DNA of 64,000 nucleotides from the NCBI GenBank assembly GCA_963711565.1, contig CAVQEQ010000004.1:352001-416000 (forward strand), read 5' to 3'. Below are positions 37,768 to 47,524 of the stretch, piece by piece. Every line of letters starts with the position of its first letter. Positions within the stretch are counted from its first letter, which is position 1. The position numbers were made by a program, and so were the translations under genes. The notes under the pieces are model-generated. The model was not told where the DNA came from, ran no database searches, and was given only the letters and a program-made list of their open reading frames with translations. Source of the stretch: an uncultured delta proteobacterium (GTDB taxonomy: Bacteria > Desulfobacterota > Binatia > Binatales > Binataceae).

Positions 37768-38868
37768 ATGGCTACGAACGACAAGGTCAAAGTGGCTGTG
37801 GTCGGCGCCTCCGGATACTCGGGGATCGAGGCGGTTCGCATCCTGTCCAGCCATCCGTTCGTCGAGCTGAGCGTGCTCACGTCCGAGCATTACGCGGGGC
37901 GCGAGGTCGCCGACGTTTACCGTCACATGGCCGGCATCGACTTGCCGCCGTTCGAGGAATTGCGCCCCGACCTGGTGCAAGGCCGGGCGGAGGTCGCGAT
38001 TTCATGCCTGCCGGAGACGGTCGGCACCGCGCATACCGCGGAGCTGATCAAGGCGGGCGTGAAGGTGGTGGATCTGTCGGCGGACTTTCGCTTCAAGAGC
38101 GCGGCGCAGTTCCGCGCCACTTATGGCGTCGAACATCCCGCGCCGCAACTGGTCAAGGAAGCGGTTTACGGTCTCAGCGAGTTTCATCGGCACGAACTGC
38201 GCGAGGCGCGCCTGGTCGCCAACCCCGGATGCTTCCCGACCGGTGCGCTGCTCGCGCTGCTGCCGCTGATAAGGCGCGACCTGATCGAGCCGTCGTCGAT
38301 AATCATCGACGCGAAATCCGGCACGACCGGTGCGCGCCGAGCCGCGTCGATCGAGCAGCTGTTCGCGGAGGTCAACGAGAACTTCCGCGCCTACAAGGTC
38401 GCCAACCATCGCCACGTCCCCGAGATGGAACAGGAAATCTCGGCCGCGCTCGGCCGCGACATCGCACTGCTGTTCGTGCCGCATCTGCTGCCGATAACGC
38501 GCGGTCTGCTGAGTTCGATTTTCATGCGCCCACGGGCAGGCACCACCGAGAGCGACGTTCACGCCGCCTTCGAGGCCAGCTTCGCCAAGTCGCGCTTCGT
38601 GCGAATTCTGAAGCCCGGTGAACTGCCCGAGTTGCGCAACGTGCGCGCGACTAACTATTGCGAACTGGCGTTCATTCTCGATCGCCGTAGCGAAACCCTG
38701 CTCGTAATAACCGCGATCGACAACCTCGGCAAAGGCGCGTCGGGCCAAGCCGTCCAGAACATGAACCTGATGCTGGGCTACGACGAAGCGGCCGGCTTGC
38801 TGGCGCCGCACCGGTTCCTTAATCTCCGCGCTAATCAGCTCGCGCGACTGTTTGCTGTCGCTGCGTGA
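37768..38868 (+). CDS. argC: N-acetyl-gamma-glutamyl-phosphate reductase (C-terminus possibly frameshift-extended)
   Basis: VVGASGYSG, DLSADFR, ANPGCFPT, HRHVPEM, DNLGKGASGQAVQNMN. Confidence 0.95.
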   Translation: MATNDKVKVAVVGASGYSGIEAVRILSSHPFVELSVLTSEHYAGREVADVYRHMAGIDLPPFEELRPDLVQGRAEVAISCLPETVGTAHTAELIKAGVKVVDLSADFRFKSAAQFRATYGVEHPAPQLVKEAVYGLSEFHRHELREARLVANPGCFPTGALLALLPLIRRDLIEPSSIIIDAKSGTTGARRAASIEQLFAEVNENFRAYKVANHRHVPEMEQEISAALGRDIALLFVPHLLPITRGLLSSIFMRPRAGTTESDVHAAFEASFAKSRFVRILKPGELPELRNVRATNYCELAFILDRRSETLLVITAIDNLGKGASGQAVQNMNLMLGYDEAAGLLAPHRFLNLRANQLARLFAVAA

Positions 38869-39044
38869 GTATGCGGGCGCAGCAGCAGCGATCGCACTGA
38901 CTATACGAAACCGACAGTACATCGACTCATTCTTGCCTCACGCGGTCCCGCTGCCATAATTTGAAACGTACTCGCTGACTATGTGTAACCCTCGGTCGCC
39001 TATTCCACGACCGCAAACTTAAGTCACGGTCTTCGGCTCAACGT

Positions 39045-42000
39045 ATGTGGATTGTCCGCCTCGCGCTTCGCCGGCCACTCTCCGTCGCTGTGATGGCGCT
39101 GCTGATGCTCGTGCTCGGAGTGCTGAGCTTCGGCCTCATGAACGTGGACATCTTCCCGGCGATCAATCTGCCGGTCGTGATGGTGGTTTGGAATTACCCG
39201 GGCCTGTCCGCGTTCAACGTCGAGCGCCGCATGGTGTTCATTTCCGAGCGCGCTTACTCGACCACCGTCAACGGCATCGAGCATATCGAATCCGAATCGA
39301 TCAACGGCATCGGGCTGCTCAAGGTTTATTTCCAGCCGGACACCGACATCGGGGGCGCGATTGCGCAGATAAACGCGGTGTCCGAGACCATCCTGAGCAA
39401 CCTGCCGCGCGGGATCGAGCCGCCGCAGATCATTTCGTACAACGCCAGTAACGTTCCGGTCGCGCAGCTCAACATTTACAGCGACGTGCTCTCGACCGCC
39501 AAGCTCTTCGACTACGGACTGAACTTCATCCGCATCCAGCTCTTTACGATACCGGGATTTTCCTCGCCCGCTCCGCTGGGCGGCGTCCAACGCGCGGTGA
39601 TGGCCAATCTCGATCCCACCGCGCTCTACGCCAACGGGCTTTCCGCTTACAACGTCGGCAACGCGCTCGACGCGACCAACGTCGTCATCCCGTCGGGCAC
39701 CGCCAAGATGGGGAATTACGAATACAACGTCAACATGAACATGTCGGTGCCGAAGGTCGCGGACTTCAATAAGCTGCCGATCAAGTACCTCAACGGTGCG
39801 CCTGTATTCCTCGCTGATGTTGCGCATGTCACCGACACCCATCAGCCGCAAACCAACGTCGTGCGCTTCAATGGACAGCAGGCCACCTACCTGCTGGTGG
39901 TCAAGCACGCGGACGCTTCCACGCTGACGGTAGTCGATGCGGTCAAGGCGAAGCTGCCCGACATTCGCGCCACCGCGCCCAAGGGCCTGAACGTGTTGCT
40001 CACGTTCGACCAGTCGCAATTCGTGCGCGCCGCGCTGCGGGACGTGGTGCAGGAAGCCGTCACCGCCGCAGCGCTGGTCGCGATCATGGTGCTGCTGTTT
40101 CTTGGCTCACCGCGGAGCATGATCATCGTTATCACTTCGATTCCATTGTCGATTCTGACCTCCATCATTTTCCTCCATCTCAGCGGACAGACGATCAACA
40201 CGATGACGCTGGGCGGGATCGCGCTCGCGGTCGGGATGCTGGTTGACGACGCGACGGTCGAAGTCGAAAACATCCATCGCAACCAGGCGCTGGACAAGCC
40301 GCTGCTGGTCGCGATTCTCGACGGCGCGTCGCAGATCGCGACGCCCACCTTTGTCGGCACGCTCGCCATCTGCATCGTCTTTTTTCCGGTGGTGCTGCTG
40401 ACTGGCGTCGCCAAATTCCTGTTCACTCCGCTCGCGCTCGCGGTGGTTTTCGCGATGCTGACCTCGTACCTGCTCTCGCGTACGCTGGTGCCGAGCATGG
40501 CGCGTCTCCTGTTGCCCGAAGATCACGAGGAGAATCTTGGCACCGGCTTATGGGGCCGCATCGTGCGCGGTTTCGACGCCCGTTTCGAGAAGCTCAAAGG
40601 GTTCTATCGTTTCGCGCTCGCCAAGTTCATTGCGCGCCGCAATTTCTCGCTGGTGTTCGTCGCCATCATTATTCTGTCTTCGTCCGCCATGTTGTTAGTG
40701 GTGGGAGAGGATTTTTTTCCAAGCATCGACGCCGGCATGATGAGCTTGCACGTGCGGATGCCGACCGGGACCCGCATCGAACACACCGAGTACATGGTGG
40801 ACAAGATCGAGCGCTCGATTCGTACCGTGGTGCCCGACGCCGAACTGCTGGGCATCAGCGACAACATCGGGCTGCCGCTCTCCTACGATTTGGCGTTCTA
40901 TCAAACCGACACGATCGGGCCGCAGGATTGCGACATCCTGATCCAGTTGAAGCCCGATCATAAGCCGACCGCCGGCTACCAGCAGAAAATTCGCGAGCTG
41001 CTGACGGTCCAGTATCCGAATGTGACCGCGTACTTTCAGGCCGCCGACATCGTCAGCCAGGTGCTTAATTTCGGCCTGCCGGCGGCGATCGACGCGCAGA
41101 TCAACGGCAACGATTTGCAAGCCGACTACGACATCGCGCTGCGCCTGAAGGACAAGATGGCGCTGATTCCCGGCGTCAGCGATCTTAGAATCGCCGAACC
41201 GCAGGACTACCCCAGCTTCATGGTCAACGTCGATCGCGACAAGGCTCTGCAGCTCGGTATCACGCAGAATGAGGTCGCCTCGAGCATGCTCGCGACGCTC
41301 TCCGGCGCCACGCTGCTGCAGCCCAACTTCTGGCTCGATCCCAAGAACGGCGTCAACTACCTCGTCGTCGCGCAGTCGCCGCAGCACCTGATCGATTCGG
41401 TCGCCAGCCTGTCGAATATACCGCTGAGCACGCCGTCGTCGAACAATGGGATCAACGGCGACGCGTCATCTACCTCCGGCACCCCCGCGACGCAGGGCCA
41501 GGCGCAACTACTCGGCAACCTCGGCACCATCACTCACAATTGGGATCCCGCCGTCGTCGCGCATTACACCGTGCAGCGCGTCATCGACGTCGACGCCGCC
41601 GTGCATGGCCGCGACCTCGGCAGCGTCGCCTCGGCGGTGCAGCGCGAGATCAACGGCCTCGGCAAGTTGCCCGCGGGCACCCATGTCGTCATCCGCGGCC
41701 AGAGCCAGGCGATGCGCGATTCGTTCCGGACGCTCGGCGAAGGCCTGGTCCTCGCCATCGTCCTCGTGTACCTGCTCATGGTCGCCAACTTTCAATCGTG
41801 GCTCGAGCCCTTCGTCATCATGATGGCGGTACCGGGCGCGCTGGCCGGCGTGCTCTGGATGCTCGCGATAACGGGTACGACCATCAACGTCGAATCTCTG
41901 ATGGGCGCGATCATGGCGGTCGGCGTCGGCGTCGCCAACGGCAATCTGCTGATCACGTTCGCCAACGAACTGCGCGAGGAAGGTTACAGCCCGGTCGCGG

Positions 42001-42269
42001 CGGCGATCGAGGCCGGCCGCATCCGCTTCCGCCCGATTATTATGACCGCGCTCGCGATGATTCTGGGGATGCTTCCGATGGCGCTCTCGCTCGGTTCCGG
42101 TTCCGAGCAGAATGCGCCGCTCGGGCGCGCCGTGATTGGCGGCTTGATGGCTGCCACAATGATGACGTTATTCGTCGTGCCGGCCGTATATTCGATCTTC
42201 GGTCGCGACGTGATCGGAAAAAAACAGCGCGACGCCGAGATCGAGGCGATCACGCTGCCGGGTGCTTAA
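39045..42269 (+). CDS. RND efflux permease (AcrB/CusA family)
   Basis: 1074 aa, GMLVDDATVEVENI, RFRPIIMTALA, PLGRAVIGG. Confidence 0.93.
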   Translation: MWIVRLALRRPLSVAVMALLMLVLGVLSFGLMNVDIFPAINLPVVMVVWNYPGLSAFNVERRMVFISERAYSTTVNGIEHIESESINGIGLLKVYFQPDTDIGGAIAQINAVSETILSNLPRGIEPPQIISYNASNVPVAQLNIYSDVLSTAKLFDYGLNFIRIQLFTIPGFSSPAPLGGVQRAVMANLDPTALYANGLSAYNVGNALDATNVVIPSGTAKMGNYEYNVNMNMSVPKVADFNKLPIKYLNGAPVFLADVAHVTDTHQPQTNVVRFNGQQATYLLVVKHADASTLTVVDAVKAKLPDIRATAPKGLNVLLTFDQSQFVRAALRDVVQEAVTAAALVAIMVLLFLGSPRSMIIVITSIPLSILTSIIFLHLSGQTINTMTLGGIALAVGMLVDDATVEVENIHRNQALDKPLLVAILDGASQIATPTFVGTLAICIVFFPVVLLTGVAKFLFTPLALAVVFAMLTSYLLSRTLVPSMARLLLPEDHEENLGTGLWGRIVRGFDARFEKLKGFYRFALAKFIARRNFSLVFVAIIILSSSAMLLVVGEDFFPSIDAGMMSLHVRMPTGTRIEHTEYMVDKIERSIRTVVPDAELLGISDNIGLPLSYDLAFYQTDTIGPQDCDILIQLKPDHKPTAGYQQKIRELLTVQYPNVTAYFQAADIVSQVLNFGLPAAIDAQINGNDLQADYDIALRLKDKMALIPGVSDLRIAEPQDYPSFMVNVDRDKALQLGITQNEVASSMLATLSGATLLQPNFWLDPKNGVNYLVVAQSPQHLIDSVASLSNIPLSTPSSNNGINGDASSTSGTPATQGQAQLLGNLGTITHNWDPAVVAHYTVQRVIDVDAAVHGRDLGSVASAVQREINGLGKLPAGTHVVIRGQSQAMRDSFRTLGEGLVLAIVLVYLLMVANFQSWLEPFVIMMAVPGALAGVLWMLAITGTTINVESLMGAIMAVGVGVANGNLLITFANELREEGYSPVAAAIEAGRIRFRPIIMTALAMILGMLPMALSLGSGSEQNAPLGRAVIGGLMAATMMTLFVVPAVYSIFGRDVIGKKQRDAEIEAITLPGA

Positions 42270-42278
42270 TAACAGTAT

Positions 42279-43424
42279 ATGTCCGAACAAGAAGACGATC
42301 CGAAGAATTTCAGCGTGCCCGCCCCGGGGGGATTTTTCTTCGCCGGATGGGTCATCGCGATCATCGTCGCGCTGGTCGCGACCGCTGGCCTCGTACTCGC
42401 CCGCGAGATATGGCTCGGCCGCCAGACGTCGCAACTCGCGCAGGAGCAGGCGCCCGGTCCACACGTGCTCGTCTCCAATGTTCTGCAAGCTCCGTCGACG
42501 CGCGATCTGAAACTGCCGGCCACCATTCGCGGCTTCGACGAGACCGACATCTACGCGAAGGTTCCCGGCTATCTGAAGACCATCAAGGTTGACAAGGGCG
42601 ACCGCATACACAAGGGCCAACTGCTCGCCGTGCTCACATCGCCCGAACTCGATCAGCAGGTCGCCAACGCGCGCGCCAACTACAACCTCGCGCTCGTTAC
42701 CGACAAGCGCAATCAGATCCTGGTGCGCCAACAGGTCGTCCCGCAGCAGACCGCCGATGAAACCCACTACACGATGCTCCAGGACAAGGCCACTCTCGAA
42801 CAGGACATCGCCACTCAGCAGTACGAAACGATCACGGCGCCGTTCGACGGCATCGTCACCGCGCGCTACATCGATCCGGGCCACCTCGTGCCCGCGAACA
42901 CGACCCCTGGCACACCCGGCTCGGGTGCTATCATCTCTGTTTCTCGCATGAGTCCGCTCCGCGTATTCATCTACGTGCCGCAGAACGTCGCGCCGTTCAT
43001 CAAGGACGGCGACGCCGCCACAATCACGGCTATCGGCTACGCCGGACAAAAATTTGCCGGCACCATCACGCGTCATCCCGAAGCGCTGTCGGCCGACACG
43101 CGCACGATGCTGGTAGAAGTGGACCTACCCAACGAAAACGAAGCCCTATATCCCGGAATGTACGCAACCGCCGAATTCACCGTAACGATGGGCACAGGAT
43201 CCCCGATGGTCCCCGACGACGCGCTGGTATTCCGCAACGGCAAAGTCTACGTCCCGGTGGTGAGGAACAACCAGTTACACCTGGCCGAAGTAGAACTGGG
43301 CTACGACAATGGCCAGACCGTAGAAGTCCTTAGCGGCGTCAACACCAGCGATAAGGTAGCAGTCAACGTAGGCCAGGCGGCGCGCGACGGCGAAAACGTC
43401 CAACCTGTGGAGAACACCCAATAG
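42279..43424 (+). CDS. RND periplasmic adaptor (membrane fusion protein)
   Basis: IYAKVPGYL..VDKGD..KGQLLA, ITAPFDGIV, LYPGMYA. Confidence 0.92.
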   Translation: MSEQEDDPKNFSVPAPGGFFFAGWVIAIIVALVATAGLVLAREIWLGRQTSQLAQEQAPGPHVLVSNVLQAPSTRDLKLPATIRGFDETDIYAKVPGYLKTIKVDKGDRIHKGQLLAVLTSPELDQQVANARANYNLALVTDKRNQILVRQQVVPQQTADETHYTMLQDKATLEQDIATQQYETITAPFDGIVTARYIDPGHLVPANTTPGTPGSGAIISVSRMSPLRVFIYVPQNVAPFIKDGDAATITAIGYAGQKFAGTITRHPEALSADTRTMLVEVDLPNENEALYPGMYATAEFTVTMGTGSPMVPDDALVFRNGKVYVPVVRNNQLHLAEVELGYDNGQTVEVLSGVNTSDKVAVNVGQAARDGENVQPVENTQ

Positions 43425-43641
43425 GCCTTCGAATCGAGCGCTCGCGCCAGCTTCGAGCTCTCGCCATTGCAAGGGACAATCGCGCTCTCGAACAGCATCC
43501 CGCGCCTGTTGCGATGATCCCTTTTCGCTCTTTTCATTCAGCGCGCGATCTGCTTTGCCGCCCCGAAGCCGGCGGCAGAAGCTGATCGTGGCCGCGCGAG
43601 CGAATCTAATTCTTCGACACTTTGCAGGGGAGGAATTTTAC

Positions 43642-43962
43642 ATGCGGTATCTACGAATATTTGTGGCCGGTTGCGCGATCCTCGCTGCCTCGGGATGCTC
43701 GAAATCCAATCCTCTTCTGGGCAAATGGAAGCTGGCGCCGAACTCCGGCAACGAATGCTTCCAGCTCGGCTCGATCCAGTTCGGCGACAAAACCATGACG
43801 ATGGTCACGCCCCTGGCGCCAATAACCATGCCGGTGACCTATTCGCGCGATGGCGACAACTATATGGTCACCGCGTCGAGCGGCCAGGCCTTTGAGTTTC
43901 AGGTAGAAAGCGGCGGCATCAAGGCAGTCTCCCCCGAATGCCACCTGGTGCCGGACAACTAG
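43642..43962 (+). CDS. small lipoprotein (lipocalin-like beta fold possible)
   Basis: GGAGG RBS, lipobox LAASGC, NPLLGKWKL. Confidence 0.75.
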   Translation: MRYLRIFVAGCAILAASGCSKSNPLLGKWKLAPNSGNECFQLGSIQFGDKTMTMVTPLAPITMPVTYSRDGDNYMVTASSGQAFEFQVESGGIKAVSPECHLVPDN

Positions 43963-44061
43963 TCGCAGATCGCCTTCCTCCCTGCGATCGTTCCTCTTCA
44001 CGGTTAGGGGTAGGGGTTCCCGACAATATCACCCACCCCGCGACTCCGATAAACTCGCGGT

Positions 44062-44895
44062 GTGCCGAAACACCTGACACTCCGCGTCCACCTTCCGCCC
44101 GCGCTCGCACAACAGCTTGGGGCGCGGCGCAAGCAAACCGGACAAACTCTGTCCGCGATCATCATCCAGGCACTTGAACGGCTGCTTGGCGACGAAGATC
44201 AGACCGTATTTCAAACCTCGACCGTAAACGCCCTGATGGAAGGCGTATCCACCGGCGACATGACGATGGGCGAGCTCAAGACTCATGGCGACTTCGGGCT
44301 GGGCACCTTCGACGGGCTCGACGGCGAGATGATCGAGCTCGACGGCAAGGTCTTCCAGGTGCGCGCCGACGGGCACGCGCATCCGGTGGAGGATTCCGCG
44401 CGCACGCCGTTCGCGACGGTAAGTTTTTTCAAGGCCGACGAGAGCGCGCGCGTCGATCGCCCGTGCGACCAGCCTGCGATGCTCGCGGCGGTCGCCGCGA
44501 TGCTGCCCTCGCAGAATATCTTCCACGCGGTCCGCATCGAAGGCCGCTTCGCCTACGTGAAGACTCGCGCCGTCGCGAAACAGGACAAGTCAGTCGGCCT
44601 CGAGGATGCGGTGCGCGAAGAGCCAATCTTCGAGTTTCACGACGTCGAGGGCACCATCGTGGGTTTCTTCACGCCCGACTATCTGCGCGGCGTCAACGTC
44701 CCCGGCTACCATCTGCACTTCATCACCGCCGACCGCTCGGCCGGCGGCCACATGCTCGATTGCCGCACCAGGGACGTGACGATCAAAATCCATCACACGC
44801 CCGAATTCGAACTGGGCACTCCCGGCACCGAAGAATTCCTGCAAGCCGATCTCTCGCGCGACCACACTGCCGCCATCACGAAGGTCGAACACTAG
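44062..44895 (+). CDS. budA: alpha-acetolactate decarboxylase with an N-terminal ribbon-helix-helix domain
   Basis: FQTSTVNALMEG, HGDFGLGTFDGLDGEMI, TPFA, GYHLHF..DRSAGGH. N-terminal 42 aa are RHH-like. Confidence 0.9.
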   Translation: MPKHLTLRVHLPPALAQQLGARRKQTGQTLSAIIIQALERLLGDEDQTVFQTSTVNALMEGVSTGDMTMGELKTHGDFGLGTFDGLDGEMIELDGKVFQVRADGHAHPVEDSARTPFATVSFFKADESARVDRPCDQPAMLAAVAAMLPSQNIFHAVRIEGRFAYVKTRAVAKQDKSVGLEDAVREEPIFEFHDVEGTIVGFFTPDYLRGVNVPGYHLHFITADRSAGGHMLDCRTRDVTIKIHHTPEFELGTPGTEEFLQADLSRDHTAAITKVEH

Positions 44896-44899
44896 AGCA

Positions 44900-45484
44900 T
44901 CACAGCGCGGCGAAGCTGCGATTTTCGTGCGGCCACGGCGGCGCCTCGGCGATCGCGCCGAGCACGTCTTCGGGCTGATCGACGACCGACCACATTTTGC
45001 GATGACGCTCGTCCATGAAACGCCGCTCGATGCAGCTTTCCAGGAACGACACGCAGGGGGAATAGAAGCCGAGAGTGTTGACCAGCACGATCGGGCCGCC
45101 GAACAGGCCGAGCCGCTTCCACGTGATCGCTTCGAACAGCTCCTCGAGCGTGCCGCATCCGCCCGGCAGCGCGATCACTGCATCGACCTCGTCGATCATC
45201 AGCCGTTTGCGTTCGTGCAGGTCGTTTACGATCACCAACTCGCTCAAGCCGCGATGCCCCCATTCCAAGTCGTACATGAATCGCGGCAGCACGCCGATCA
45301 CGCGGCCGCCTTCAGCCAGCGCCGCCTCCGCCAGATGCCCCATCGAGCCGACGCTGCCGCCGCCATAAACCAGCGTCACCTTGTTGCGCGCCAGCTCGCG
45401 ACCCAGCCGCGCGGCGGCGTCATGATAACGAACGTCGCACTGACGACTCGACGCGCAATAAACGCAAACTCGCTTGATAGCCAT
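44900..45484 (-). CDS. LOG family nucleotide phosphoribohydrolase (TIGR00730-like)
   Basis: VCVYCASS, LVYGGG, HERKRLM, ALPGGCGTLEE. Confidence 0.92.
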   Translation of the reverse strand: MAIKRVCVYCASSRQCDVRYHDAAARLGRELARNKVTLVYGGGSVGSMGHLAEAALAEGGRVIGVLPRFMYDLEWGHRGLSELVIVNDLHERKRLMIDEVDAVIALPGGCGTLEELFEAITWKRLGLFGGPIVLVNTLGFYSPCVSFLESCIERRFMDERHRKMWSVVDQPEDVLGAIAEAPPWPHENRSFAAL

Positions 45485-45530
45485 CGCGCGATCGTATCCG
45501 ACCGATTCGCGCTCATCCAGACAGCGCGCT

Positions 45531-46769
45531 CTACTTTTTGCCCTCGCTATTCTTCCACGTGGGCATCATCGCGTTCGACGGGACCTGTTCGCCGCGCGCC
45601 TTGCGCGCGCTTTCGATTCCCGCGATCGGCAGACCTTTGGGATCGAGCACGCCGAGTTGAGCGAGCATCGACGCCTGGTCCCAGTAGATATGCTCGTTGT
45701 AAAGCTTGTCGCCGCGAAACTCGATCACAACGACGGTCGGAACTTCGGCGTATTTTCCGGTCGGCGCGACGCCGGGCACCAGGAAATCGATTTCACAGTC
45801 GTGCGTGAAACAGAAAATCAATTCGTCCACCACCCGGTCCGATCCAATGGTGCGCGAAATCGGCACCACCTTCGTGTCCGCGGGCAGGCGCGAGATGAAG
45901 TGGTACTTGTAGAACCGATGCAGCTGCTCGACGCCGTAGCCGCCGGTCAGGGTCGGCACGTGATTGACGTAGGCGTCGAGCGTCATCGTGGCGATCGTCG
46001 CGTCGGCATCGCGATCCTTGAATTCCTGATCGACGTGGATGTCCCACAGCGCGCTGAGGTCGTAGCGTGGGCCGAGCGTGCGCCGGAACAGCCCGATCGA
46101 GCGCGAGCGCGCGAGCTGCGCCGCGAACGGATCGTAAGCCTCAGCGCGCCGATCATTGTTGAACGCGTGACCGGCGTCGGCGTAGACGTAAAACTCGGCA
46201 TCGTCATGCGCGCTGAACGCGGCGCGAATCTTGTCGCGCGTCTCGGGCGGCACGGCGGCATCTTTGCCGCCGAAGTGGAAAATGATGGGGCATCGCACTG
46301 ATTTCACTTCGTCGAGATGACCGTCCATGCGCGTGCCGTAGTAGCTGACCGCGGCGTCCACGCCCAGCCGCGCCGCGGAAAGGAAGGCGAGGCGTCCGCC
46401 GAGACAATAGCCGACCGCGCCGAGTTTGCCTTTGAACTCGGGCCGCGCCTTCAGCGCCGCGAAAGCGTCGCCGATATCGCGCACGCTCTGATCGATATCG
46501 AAACGTCCGCCAAGCTCGCGCGCGGTCTTGACGTTGTCGGGACTGAAGCCGAGATCGATGCCGGGCTTCAGTCGCCAGAACAAATCCGGCGCGAGCGCGA
46601 CGTAGCCTTCTTCGGCCCACCGGTTGACGACCGAGCGGATATGCGCGCTCACCCCGAAAATTTCCTGGAGCACGAGCAGCCCCGGCCCCGAGCCCGACGC
46701 GGGTGTCGCAAGGTAGCCGCTGAACGTTCCACCGTCGTGCGCTTTGATCGTGATGTTCTTGCCGCCCAT
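45531..46769 (-). CDS. dienelactone hydrolase fused to a SnoaL-like domain
   Basis: QEIFG, GYCLGG, AGHAF, then YVNHVPTLTGG..DRVVDE..EHIYWDQAS. Confidence 0.9.
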   Translation of the reverse strand: MGGKNITIKAHDGGTFSGYLATPASGSGPGLLVLQEIFGVSAHIRSVVNRWAEEGYVALAPDLFWRLKPGIDLGFSPDNVKTARELGGRFDIDQSVRDIGDAFAALKARPEFKGKLGAVGYCLGGRLAFLSAARLGVDAAVSYYGTRMDGHLDEVKSVRCPIIFHFGGKDAAVPPETRDKIRAAFSAHDDAEFYVYADAGHAFNNDRRAEAYDPFAAQLARSRSIGLFRRTLGPRYDLSALWDIHVDQEFKDRDADATIATMTLDAYVNHVPTLTGGYGVEQLHRFYKYHFISRLPADTKVVPISRTIGSDRVVDELIFCFTHDCEIDFLVPGVAPTGKYAEVPTVVVIEFRGDKLYNEHIYWDQASMLAQLGVLDPKGLPIAGIESARKARGEQVPSNAMMPTWKNSEGKK

Positions 46770-47130
46770 GTGGAGGACTCCTTGTCGATTTCATATATCA
46801 CCGAGGCTCGGGGTGGTCACGTTCTCAAAATAGGCCGGCATTGGGCGAAACTGAATCGAAGATCGATGGGAGACGAGGTGCAGCGGTGCAACGATCAATT
46901 TGAGGCGAATGCTACAAAGTGGAGGATTATCAAAACATCGCGATCCGAGCCGGCAGACGTGAAGTTTGGTGAATAATCCGCCTAATCAAAGGGAAAAATT
47001 CACCACCCGGCACCCTTCTGACTTATGCGCCGAATAGTCCGATTTTCCGTCTTCTGACGGTCCAAGTCTTGCGATGACAAGCCTTGTGATGGTGCGTTGC
47101 GCCCTTGAGGCAAACGCCCGGGAGGGATCG

Positions 47131-47313
47131 ATGCGACTCAACGGCAGAACGATATTCAAGTCGTCGCATGATCTGATTCTGATTGTTGGCGCGATGATCG
47201 CGTTAGCGATGATTGTCGCGAAAATGGTTCACAACTGGAGAAGTCTGCCGGCAAGTCTGGGAATGAACAATGCGGCAGTGATGGTAGCGGACAGCCGTAA
47301 CGTGCTTCGCTGA
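47131..47313 (+). CDS. small single-TM hypothetical protein
   Basis: GGGAGG RBS, 60 aa, hydrophobic segment LILIVGAMIALAMIVA. Confidence 0.55.
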   Translation: MRLNGRTIFKSSHDLILIVGAMIALAMIVAKMVHNWRSLPASLGMNNAAVMVADSRNVLR

Positions 47314-47373
47314 TCGAGTTTCGTTCAAGCTTGCGATGGGGTGAGGGGAGACCCATCGCGAGCAGGTTCCTGG

Positions 47374-47408
47374 AGCAGGCCCGGAATTCCGTGCCTGTTT
47401 TCTTTTTT
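47374..47408 (+). terminator. intrinsic terminator
   Basis: AGCAGGCCCGG-AATT-CCGTGCCTGTT followed by a T-run. Confidence 0.6.
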
Positions 47409-47524
47409 GATTCTGCGCGCCGCCGTCAAGCGCAAAATTCACGTAACCGCCTTTTGTCATAGACGTACTGCATTTACGACAGTAAAATGCGTGCGCAAAG
47501 GAAAGTTAAGATTCGGCGGGGACA

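Noticed and set aside
39045-43424. RND pump lacking an outer-membrane factor as a novel system
   Set aside because: RND/MFP pairs commonly use a TolC-like channel encoded elsewhere.
45531-46769. Dienelactone hydrolase-SnoaL fusion as novel
   Set aside because: I recall this architecture as already widespread in bacteria and fungi.
47105-47130. GGCAAAC as the start of a c-di-GMP-I riboswitch
   Set aside because: It lacks the GNRA-capped P2 and downstream GCAAAG/P3 elements, and the sequence is simply the RBS region.
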